This document shows positions 42,302-50,368 of a stretch of DNA of 64,000 nt, piece after piece. The notes under the pieces were generated by a model. It searched no databases. It was not told the DNA's origin and saw only the letters and a program-made list of their open reading frames with translations. The stretch's first letter is position 1, and each line of letters begins with the position of its first letter. This DNA comes from Candidatus Dormiibacterota bacterium (GTDB lineage Bacteria > Chloroflexota > Dormibacteria > Aeolococcales > Aeolococcaceae), in NCBI GenBank assembly GCA_963709585.1, contig CAVPXI010000016.1:64001-128000 (forward strand). Reading direction: 5' to 3'. The position numbers and the translations under genes are program-made.

Positions 42302-42946
42302 ATGGCCATGCTTTCGGAGCGCCGGTCGGTGGCGCTGTCGGCGGCCCGAGCATCCGAACCGCATGACCGATGCCGATTCGGCCGCGATTTCGATCGGGCG
42401 ACTGTCGAATGCCCGGCGTTCCAGCGAGCCCAGTTCATCGCCGCAACCTCGTATGGAAAGCCGCTCGGTACACACGTGGCGTGCTCACACCTGCTGGTTG
42501 GCGAGCTCACCACGAACCAGTTCTACCCTCGCTGCTCACTCGGCTCCGATCTCGACAGGATGAGCTGGCTCGAAACCATGGGTCCCCGGCGGATCGAGGT
42601 GCTCAGGGCGCTCAACGCCGAGTTCGAGACGCTCTACCCCGATTCGCTCAGGCAGCTGGTTGCGGCCAAGGCAGTCGCGCTCGCCGGCCCCCCGGACGAC
42701 CGCCCGGGCCGCCTCGCGCTCGCCGCGGTGCTTCGAGAGTTCCTTGCGGAGTTCAGCGCGTTTGTGAACGCCAACGCGGACCGCATCGCCGAGATCGGCG
42801 TCTTGCCGACCGATCTGACCGTGCGCGCCGCGCGGGTGCTCGGCGAGTGGCAGCACAGTTCGCGGCTGGATCTGCCGGGACTCGACGAACAGTCGATTCT
42901 GCGACCCGAAAACCTCCGTGCTCTGCACGACGCGCGCCAGCGGTGA
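42302..42946 (+). CDS. Hypothetical protein with four N-terminal-half Cys
   Basis: Good ORF coupled to the downstream MerR (GTGA overlap); no recognised family. Confidence 0.65.
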   Translation: MAMLSERRSVALSAARASEPHDRCRFGRDFDRATVECPAFQRAQFIAATSYGKPLGTHVACSHLLVGELTTNQFYPRCSLGSDLDRMSWLETMGPRRIEVLRALNAEFETLYPDSLRQLVAAKAVALAGPPDDRPGRLALAAVLREFLAEFSAFVNANADRIAEIGVLPTDLTVRAARVLGEWQHSSRLDLPGLDEQSILRPENLRALHDARQR

Positions 42947-43287
42947 GCCGGGCCGCCGCGTCGGCAGAACAGGCGAAGCTGTTGAACCTCGACAAGCCGT
43001 TGTACACGATCGGCATCACCGCGGAAATCCTCGCCACCCATACGCGCACGCTGATGATGTACGAGCATCTGGGCCTCGTCGTCCCCAGCCGAACCGCGAC
43101 CAACCGCCGCCTGTACTCGCAGCGCGACATCATCACGCTCGGAGCGATCCAGAGGCTGACTCGCGGCTACGGGCTCAATCTGATCAGTGCGCGCTATCTC
43201 ATCCACTGCCTGCAATTGCTCGACGCGCATGGAGTCCCGAGGCCGGCCGGCCTGACGGACATCGACGTGGAGCACGTGAAGGTCTGA
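42943..43287 (+). CDS. MerR-family (HspR-like) regulator, copy A
   Basis: PLYTIGITAEILATHTRTLMMYEHLGLVVPSRTATNRRLYSQRD. Confidence 0.88.
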   Translation: MSRAAASAEQAKLLNLDKPLYTIGITAEILATHTRTLMMYEHLGLVVPSRTATNRRLYSQRDIITLGAIQRLTRGYGLNLISARYLIHCLQLLDAHGVPRPAGLTDIDVEHVKV

Positions 43288-43303
43288 GGCTCGACGGGCG
43301 GGC

Positions 43304-44053
43304 CTACTGGGTGATGCGGTCCGAGCGGTCCCGAAACCGTGCCACAGCCTCGGAGATCGTTTCCTCGAGGTACTGGTAGAACACCCGGCGCTGGGAGATG
43401 TCGATCGCCGCCTCGACGTGGTGGCCTTCTCTGCGTCGCGCGATCCATGGGGGCACGCCGTCGGCGACCGCCTCGGTTCCCACCCGAACGTGCACGAGTG
43501 CGTCGTCGTCCTCCGCGACGTGCAGGGTCACGTTGAGGATGGGACCGGTGTGTTCGATGAGGCGCCAGCTGCGCTCCCATCGGGCGTTGCGGCGAACGTC
43601 GTGCGCGAGCCGCACAGCGTCGTCGACGAGGACGCTCTCGCCCGGCCGGGCCGTCCGAGCAAGCATCGTCCGGACGTTTTTGTCGATGTCACGGGCGATC
43701 CAGTCGACAAGCGACGGAGCGCGATCGTCGATGTCGGGACGACCGCTCTGATCCAGCGCCAGCTCACCGATCGCCTGCACAGTGCCTGCGTGCCGGCGGC
43801 AGTAGACGACGCCGCCGAGCGAGATGCCGTGCGCGGGACAGATCGTTGCCGGGCATGAGCGTTCGCGGCGGTCACGGTATGCACACAGCTGCGCGGTCAG
43901 GTTGCCGCAACCGCGCATCGTGCACGCAATTCCCGACGCGGGGCGAGCCGGATGCGGGGAGCGCTCTCCTCGGCGGAACAGTGCCGTTCCCGGCAAGGTT
44001 CCAAGGCGACGAAGCGCGCGCGTCTCCCTTCGGGGAGTCTCCGCAGTCGGCAC
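43304..44053 (-). CDS. Cys/His-rich hypothetical protein (B-box-like zinc finger)
   Basis: C-x4-C-x7-C-x9-C-x4-C-x2-H...C-x2-H; GGAGG before GTG 44053. Confidence 0.65.
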   Translation of the reverse strand: MPTAETPRRETRALRRLGTLPGTALFRRGERSPHPARPASGIACTMRGCGNLTAQLCAYRDRRERSCPATICPAHGISLGGVVYCRRHAGTVQAIGELALDQSGRPDIDDRAPSLVDWIARDIDKNVRTMLARTARPGESVLVDDAVRLAHDVRRNARWERSWRLIEHTGPILNVTLHVAEDDDALVHVRVGTEAVADGVPPWIARRREGHHVEAAIDISQRRVFYQYLEETISEAVARFRDRSDRITQ

Positions 44054-44196
44054 GGCACAGTCCTCCATGTCCCTCTCGGGCGCCGTCACCCTCGCCGGCG
44101 CCCCTGGCGTAATCAGACGCTACGGGCGGCTTCCGTGGCTTGGTGTGCGACGGCTTGCGATCCAGCGGTGACGTGGCGCAACGGCCATCGCTTGGA

Positions 44197-44577
44197 TTAT
44201 TCGGAGTCGGTGACGGACCTCGCCTTGAGCTCGTCGGCGCGCTCGTGCCAGAAGTCGAGGCGCCGCTCGAAGCGAGCTGCTTCGGCCATGAGGACCTTGA
44301 GGTCGGTGTCCTTGACCTCCGATTCCGCGTCGTCATTCATTGAGCTCAGCTGGCGCTCCGCGACCGCGAGGAGGCTGCGTTTGAAGTCGAGGAGCTCCGC
44401 GTAGACCTTGGTCCAGTGGACCGCATCGTCGACGTAGGCGGTGCGCTCGTCCTCGCCCTCGAGCAGACGTTCCGGCTCGACGGCGTCGAGCGCGGCTTCG
44501 CGTGCCTCCTGATGATCCGGGACGCGCTCCGCGCCCCGGTCCGCCCCTGAATCCTCCTGCGCTCCGGCGTCGTTCAC
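44197..44577 (-). CDS. Hypothetical helical protein coupled to a receiver gene
   Basis: LLEGED...DAVHWTKVYAELLDFK...RLDFW; GTGA overlap. Confidence 0.7.
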   Translation of the reverse strand: MNDAGAQEDSGADRGAERVPDHQEAREAALDAVEPERLLEGEDERTAYVDDAVHWTKVYAELLDFKRSLLAVAERQLSSMNDDAESEVKDTDLKVLMAEAARFERRLDFWHERADELKARSVTDSE

Positions 44578-44957
44578 GACACCCATTTTCGCGTCGCTTC
44601 GGCGAGAAGTGCGGGCGGCGTGTGCGCCTTGATGAGGTAATCGTGCGCACCAAGCTCGCGACCGCGCTCGACCAGGTCGGGTTCGCTGTAGTTGGTGAGG
44701 ATGATCACTGGGATGGCGGCCGTACTCGGAGCGGCGCGGAGCTGCTCCAGGACGTCGAAACCGTGCATCTCCGGGAGGCCGAGATCGAGGTAGATCAGAT
44801 CGGGAGCGTCCGTGCTCGCACGCTCGATCGCCTCCGCGCCGGAGCCTGCTCGGATGACGTGGAATCCCTGAGCCTCGAGCTGCATCTCGTACATCGCGGC
44901 GACGTCCACGTCGTCGTCGACGAGCAGCAGCCGTATTCCCAGTGACCCATCAGGCAT
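44574..44957 (-). CDS. Stand-alone response regulator receiver (copy C)
   Basis: LLLVDDD, YLDLGLPEMHG, IILTN, YLIK; GGGGAGAG RBS. Confidence 0.9.
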   Translation of the reverse strand: MPDGSLGIRLLLVDDDVDVAAMYEMQLEAQGFHVIRAGSGAEAIERASTDAPDLIYLDLGLPEMHGFDVLEQLRAAPSTAAIPVIILTNYSEPDLVERGRELGAHDYLIKAHTPPALLAEATRKWVS

Positions 44958-46822
44958 GGACTCTCCCCGCTGGCCGGCTACGTCCGCGCGGCAGACGCAG
45001 CGTGAATGTACTCCCTTCGCCAGGCCGGGACTTGACCTCGATGTCCCCGCCCTCGGCCTGTGCCAGCGCGCGCGAGAGGTGCAGGCCAAGCCCGGTCCCT
45101 TGAATGCCGGCGGCGATCGCACTCTGGAGTCGTCCGAATGGTTGAAACAGCTTCGGCAGGTCTTCCTCGGCGATCCCGTCGCCGTGATCGGTGACGTCGA
45201 CGGCAACCCAGCCGGGCTCGTCACGAACCGCAATGGTGACGTCGGCGCTGTCGGGAGAGTACTTCAACGCATTTGACACGAGGTTGCCGAGGATCGTCGT
45301 CACCTGTTCGGGGTCCGCCCGAACCCGAATCCGTCCGGCCAACTCGACGTTGATCGTTCGCTTCGACCGGCCACCGGCCGGGACGCGTGCTGACGCCGCC
45401 ACGGCGCGTGCCAGCGCGTCCAAACCGACATCCTTGGCGTGCTGGCCGCGGGACCGAACCTCCATCCGGCTGGTGGTCAGCATCCGGTCGACGAGTTCGC
45501 TCATGTGACGCATCCGCGCCGTCATCAGGGGAACCACCTTGGCGATCGCTTGCGGTAATTCCCCGAGCGAGCCCTCCTCGAGCATCGAGAGATATCCGCT
45601 CACCAGCGTGATCGGGGCGCGCAGCTCGTGCGAGGCCAGCTGCAGGAATTCCGACTTCTGCCGCTCCAACTCAGCCATCCGCTGGGCGTGAGCCTCGAGG
45701 CGATCCAGCTCGGCGGCCTGGAGACCCTGGGCGCGCTGTTCCGCCGCATAGCCCTGCCAGACGAGTGCCGATGCGCGCGCGGCCAAGCCCATGATCCACT
45801 CATCCTGGTCGGAGAAGCCCGACTGCGAATTCCACGCGCCGAGAATTCCGAGGGGCACCGCGGCGGTACGCCATGGGACGGCGAGCACGTCCCTCGCGCC
45901 CAGGCGCGCGAGCACCGAGTCCGGACGCGTGACCTCCAAGGCATCGCCGTCGCCGAGCCTCAGCGCCTGACCCGAGACGAGGACACGCGCCAGAACCTCG
46001 TCGCCACTGGAATCGAGCCGCCCACGCGTTGGGGGACCCGATTGCTCCGTCGCGAAGGCGGATCCCTGGTGGAGCGGGACCAGTTCGGTGCCCGTGAGCT
46101 GCCAGAAACCAGCGCGCTCCGCGCCGACCAGGCGGGCGACAGTTTCGCTCATCTTTTCGAAGAAGGTCGCCGGGTCCAAACTCGAGGCGACGTGCCGCGA
46201 CATCTGCGTCAGTGAGTTCATGCCCGCGTCGCTGCGCGCTTCGGACCTCGTCCACAAGACGCGCGTTGCGCAGTGCGAGGACGGCGAGCAAGCCGACCTG
46301 CTGGAGCCCATCGAGCTCGTTCGCGACAAACGGCCGGTCACTTCGCCGGCTCAGGATCAGCACTGCCCCGACGGTCTCGCCCACGGACAGCGGCACGATC
46401 GCGGTATGGCGCATCGCCTTCAAAGCGGGCGTGATGTCGGGGTCAGAGGTGCCGCTTTCGGCGAGGCTGCCGCCCAGCACGATCGCGCCCGTGGTCACCG
46501 CCTGATACAGCAGCGGCTGCCTCGGCAACCAGGTCAGCGGATATTCGTGTCCGATGAAGTTGGGTGGCCCGCCGCGCTGATAGCTCGCCTCGACGCGGAG
46601 CACGTCCTGGTCGAGGCTCGTCAGGGTGCACCGGTCGACGTCGACGTTTTCGGCGGCGAAACGGACGAGGCGTCCCATGATCTGGTGCGGGTCGCCGAGG
46701 GAGACGACGTCCGCTTCGATCGACCTGGCGAAATTGGCCGTCGTCGGTGGGCGGGGATCGACGTCAGAGGCGGACGTGCTCGATGTCAATCCCGACAAGC
46801 TCCGGAGGCCGAGGGATGCCAT
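44950..46822 (-). CDS. GAF-GAF histidine kinase split by a +1 frameshift at about 46223-46225 (start uncertain)
   Basis: GAF ORF (45800-46831) ending ...LVDEVRSAQRRG continues as MNSLTQMSRH... in the kinase ORF (LASHELRAP, NALKYS, GTGLGL); the joined sequence aligns with the 37698 kinase. Confidence 0.85.
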
Positions 46823-47108
46823 GGGCGTCAAGAAGTTGCAGACATTTGATGACGTATCGCGCCCCGGCGATGTTCAACCCGTACTGCCGGGTGAGCCGCT
46901 GAATCGCGCTCAGCGTGAGCAGGTCGCGTTGCGAGTACCGACGACGGTTCGTCGCGGTGCGCTCCGGCACACCGAGTCCCATGGTCTCGTACATCATCAG
47001 AGTCCGAGGGTGGCTCGCCAGGATCTCGGCGGCGACGCTGATCGTGTACAGCGGTTTGTCGAGATCGAGCATCTGCTCGGACGTGGGAACCATCATCTCA
47101 GCGGGCAT
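46764..47108 (-). CDS. MerR-family (HspR-like) regulator, copy B
   Basis: PLYTISVAAEILASHPRTLMMYE...RRRYSQRD; about 70% identical to copy A by manual alignment. Confidence 0.88.
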   Translation of the reverse strand: MPAEMMVPTSEQMLDLDKPLYTISVAAEILASHPRTLMMYETMGLGVPERTATNRRRYSQRDLLTLSAIQRLTRQYGLNIAGARYVIKCLQLLDAHGIPRPPELVGIDIEHVRL

Positions 47109-47210
47109 CGGATCGAGTGAACCGCGCGCCCGGGACACTGCGACCGGCAGCGCGCAACCTGAGCAACACGACAGCGATTCTATACGTCAATCGCCGCGGC
47201 GCTCGAAGGG

Positions 47211-47414
47211 TCAGACGAAGCTCACGCTGGTCGCGGGGCGCTGGCGGAAGAACTGCACGCGGCAGTGGTCACAGCGGAAGACGAGGCGAAGTCCCATTCT
47301 CCCCAGCACCTCGGTGATCCGCGAGCTGCACTGCGGGCAGGTCGCAGCCTCGTCGAGGTAGGGGCCGACCACCGGCTTGACATCGAGCTGGATCGGCTTG
47401 TATCTGCGAGCCAT
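47211..47414 (-). CDS. 67-aa zinc-ribbon protein
   Basis: GGAGG RBS; MARRYKP...CPQC-x18-CDHC. Confidence 0.7.
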   Translation of the reverse strand: MARRYKPIQLDVKPVVGPYLDEAATCPQCSSRITEVLGRMGLRLVFRCDHCRVQFFRQRPATSVSFV

Positions 47415-47504
47415 CAAGTACCTCCAAAGTGCTGGGGTGGGTTCCCTGATCCCCACCGTCAAGAGCATCCTATCACAAAACGTGATAGTACCGTTATTGC
47501 TATC

Positions 47505-47684
47505 ATGGGATCGATGTCCGAAATGCTGTCCCGCGGCCGGGGAAAGACGGGTGGTGCGCCGATCCGGTCGCGATCCTTCAGACGGCGCCGGAGGATGGAC
47601 CTCCGCACCGTTGCAACCGGTGCGGCGCTGTTCGTGGCGGCCGCCTGGACCATCATCTTCGGAGTGGGCGTGGTCCTCCGCTGA
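47505..47684 (+). CDS. Small protein with Arg-rich stretch and C-terminal TM helix
   Basis: RSFRRRRRMDLRTVATGAALFVAAAWTIIFGVGVVLR. Confidence 0.45.
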   Translation: MGSMSEMLSRGRGKTGGAPIRSRSFRRRRRMDLRTVATGAALFVAAAWTIIFGVGVVLR

Positions 47685-47848
47685 CCCTGTCGCCGGCTCG
47701 AGCGTCGCGGCTGCCATCGACCGAACCGGCCGGCAGCGGTTGCAGCCGGGCTGGAGAACATATCGCGCTTCTGCCTGCTACCGTACAAAAGGCGGAAGTC
47801 AATTCTGGCCGAGGGAGCGCTGACTCCACCCGGCATGGAGGAGCAGTT

Positions 47849-48244
47849 TTGGAGGATGACGTCAAAGTCCTGCTGATCGAGGACGACGTCGCCGCCGCGG
47901 AGATGTACCGGCTCCGCCTGGCGGCCGACGGCTACTCGGTCGTGATCGCGCACGACGGCCAGGAAGGCCTGCGCATGGCAGCCGACGAAGCCCCAGACTT
48001 CATCTATCTCGATCTCCGCCTTCCCGGTCTCGATGGGTTCGAGGTGCTCGAGCGGCTCCGCGCCGGCATGGCGACGAGACACATCCCGGTGATCATCCTC
48101 TCCAACTACGGCGAGCCGGAGTTGCGGGAGCGTGGCATGAAGCTCGGTGTCCTGGAGTTCCTGGTCAAGGCTGACACCACCCCAGCCCAGCTCTCCGAGA
48201 GCGTCGAACGGGCGACCAGCCCGCGCGCACTGCCCTCAACCTGA
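47849..48244 (+). CDS. Stand-alone response regulator receiver (copy B)
   Basis: GGAGGAG RBS, TTG start; 100 of 114 aligned residues identical to copy A (manual count). Confidence 0.92.
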   Translation: MEDDVKVLLIEDDVAAAEMYRLRLAADGYSVVIAHDGQEGLRMAADEAPDFIYLDLRLPGLDGFEVLERLRAGMATRHIPVIILSNYGEPELRERGMKLGVLEFLVKADTTPAQLSESVERATSPRALPST

Positions 48245-48262
48245 GGTCAGCGCGGCAACGCC

Positions 48263-49399
48263 GTGGCGGACCTGGCATCCACCTGGGATGATCCCGGGTC
48301 CGCCGACGACACGTCCCGCACGCTCCTCCTCGAGACGCTCAGGCTCGCCTCCCAGCTGGCCTCCGCACGCGGCCGCGAGCGCGAGGCGTCGCTGCTTCTG
48401 CTCCACAGCGATGTCCTGACCTGCGTCGCGGCGTCCGGGGTGGCGGGGAACGTGGGGCACGGGCCGTACCGCGTGACGGAGCATCCGGCGTACGAGCATG
48501 CGATGACCACCGGCGAGATCGTCGAAGACGCGTCACGCACCCTGTTTCCGGTGCGGGCGGCGGGCGATGTGACCGCGCTCCTGGTGATCGACGATGGAGA
48601 GGGGCTGGACGGCGAGCAACGAAGCAGTTTGACCTTGATCGCGCGCATCCTCGGCCTCGGCGTCGACCAGGCCGCGAGCATCGATGAGCTCCAACAGGAG
48701 GCGGAGCGCAGCCGCCGGCTCGAGCGGCTCAAGGGCGAGTTCCTGAACATCGCAGCTCACGAGTTGCGCAGCCCCCTCGGGATCATCCGGGGATATGCGT
48801 CCATGCTCAGTGAGGGAATGCTCGCGGAGCCGGATCGTGGCGTGGCGCTGACCCGGATCGGGGAGAAGACCGAGGAGATGGCGCGTCAGGTTTCCGAGAT
48901 GCTCGAGACCGCTCGCCTCGAGACGCTCGGCTTCGAGTTGCAGCTCGAACCGGTCGATCTCCTCGGGGTGGTCGACGACGCGGCGGAGGCGATGCGTCCG
49001 CTGTTCGGAGCCAACCACCGGTTCGTGGTCTCGGCGCCGCGCGACCCGATCGCGGTCGTCGCCGATCGGCGACGGCTGACGATGACGCTCACCAACCTCA
49101 TCGACAACGCGATCAAGTATTCGCCTGCGGGCGGGGAGATCGAGATCGGCTGTGAGCACGACGGCCGGGACGCCAGCATCTCGGTTCGCGACCATGGCAT
49201 CGGCATCAGCGCTGAGCAGGCCCACCTCCTCTTCACTCGATTTGGCCGCCTCGTCACGCCGGAGACGAGCCATATCCGGGGTACCGGGCTCGGCCTCTAT
49301 CTGGCCCGCGAGACCGCGCGCCTGCACGGGGGAGACATCGTGGTCACGTCAACGCCCGGGGGCGGCAGCACCTTCACGGTGATCCTGCCCCTCGCTTGA
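48263..49399 (+). CDS. Sensor histidine kinase with a degenerate GAF domain
   Basis: IAAHELRSP, NLIDNAIKYS, DHGIG, GTGLGL. Confidence 0.9.
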   Translation: MADLASTWDDPGSADDTSRTLLLETLRLASQLASARGREREASLLLLHSDVLTCVAASGVAGNVGHGPYRVTEHPAYEHAMTTGEIVEDASRTLFPVRAAGDVTALLVIDDGEGLDGEQRSSLTLIARILGLGVDQAASIDELQQEAERSRRLERLKGEFLNIAAHELRSPLGIIRGYASMLSEGMLAEPDRGVALTRIGEKTEEMARQVSEMLETARLETLGFELQLEPVDLLGVVDDAAEAMRPLFGANHRFVVSAPRDPIAVVADRRRLTMTLTNLIDNAIKYSPAGGEIEIGCEHDGRDASISVRDHGIGISAEQAHLLFTRFGRLVTPETSHIRGTGLGLYLARETARLHGGDIVVTSTPGGGSTFTVILPLA

Positions 49400-49409
49400 G
49401 CGGAAAAGC

Positions 49410-49499
49410 AAAAAGTCCACCCCGCGCCGTGGACGTTGGCCGGCGGGATGGACTCTGCTGGGAGGGGGGTGGGGGACGGCGATCACCCGACCGCCGACC
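49410..49499 (-). ncRNA. Candidate sRNA 2 (about 90 nt)
   Basis: 5' hairpin CGGCGGUC-GGGU-GAUCGCCG, unpaired CCCCACCCCCCUCCC, then a GC-rich stem with a UUUUU tail; no ORF. Confidence 0.6.
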
Positions 49500-49504
49500 C
49501 TACG

Positions 49505-49534
49505 AGCTTAGTGATCCGTACCCCAGCCTGTCAA
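49505..49534 (-). promoter_or_regulatory. Sigma70-type promoter TTGACA-N18-TAAGCT driving sRNA 2
   Basis: Reverse complement of agctta (49505-49510) ... tgtcaa (49529-49534). Confidence 0.6.
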
Positions 49535-49580
49535 ATTAGTGGGTAGCCGGGTTATACAGTTTTGTCGACCTTGTGGCAAC

Positions 49581-50087
49581 TCACGAGTTGTCCGCGACGT
49601 ACTCATCGGGATCCCTGTCCTCGATGCTGATGCCGCGGGCGCCCGCATGCTCGGTCTCGAAGGAAGCGAACGCTGAAGCCACCTCCGCCTGCTCGTCGGA
49701 CGAGGCGGCATCGTCGAACTCGATGAGCGGGCCCTGCTCCTCTTCGTACATGTGCTCGGTGTTGGCGTGCTCGGTGGCGTTGACGGCCTCCCACCAGGCG
49801 GCTTCGCCGATCCGCTGACCCTCGGCGTCGCGGATCGCGTCGCGAATCTCATTGTGGTCCCGGATGGCGTCCTTGGTGTCATCGGTCGCGTCGGAGTCGT
49901 CCTTGAGCAGCCGAGGATAGAAGAGCGCCTCCTCCGCCGCCGCATGGACCTCGAGCCGGGCCGAGAGCGCGGCCCACAGGGACGCGATTGTCCCAGCATC
50001 GTCCCGCGCGGCTTGCAGCGCCGCGAACTGGCTGCGGAACCAGATGTGGTCAAGGCGGATGAGGTCGGTGACCCGGGTGGTTTGCAT
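49581..50087 (-). CDS. Hemerythrin-like (HHE) domain protein
   Basis: DH...HAAAEEALFYP...DHNEI...HMYEEE. Confidence 0.85.
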   Translation of the reverse strand: MQTTRVTDLIRLDHIWFRSQFAALQAARDDAGTIASLWAALSARLEVHAAAEEALFYPRLLKDDSDATDDTKDAIRDHNEIRDAIRDAEGQRIGEAAWWEAVNATEHANTEHMYEEEQGPLIEFDDAASSDEQAEVASAFASFETEHAGARGISIEDRDPDEYVADNS

Positions 50088-50163
50088 GAAGGCCGATATT
50101 CCTGACAGCGACCATATCAGATAGACGCCCATAATCAGGTACAAGTGAGCCAGACTCACTGCC

Positions 50164-50316
50164 ATGAACATCCCGATGACCCCTACGCCGATGCCCCCGC
50201 GTGAGCCGGACCCCGAGCCGGAGATCAAGGAGCCCGATCCCGAGATGCCGGAGGTTCCGGACCCTGACCGATCGGCCGAGACCGACGCGCCCGAAACCCG
50301 CCCCGAGCAGGAGTAA
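50164..50316 (+). CDS. 50-aa Pro/Glu/Asp-rich peptide, not in the ORF track
   Basis: MNIPMTPTPMPPREPDPEPEIKEPDPEMPEVPDPDRSAETDAPETRPEQE*. Confidence 0.5.
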   Translation: MNIPMTPTPMPPREPDPEPEIKEPDPEMPEVPDPDRSAETDAPETRPEQE

Positions 50317-50368
50317 GCGCGTCTCGCGCGATCGAAGCCGTCGAGCGCGCTCAGGGTACGAGCCGCGG

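Noticed and set aside
49410-49499. Assignment of the C-rich RNA to the actinobacterial 6C RNA family
   Set aside because: 6C carries its C-runs in two hairpin loops; here the C-run lies between hairpins, so it is left unassigned pending an Rfam search
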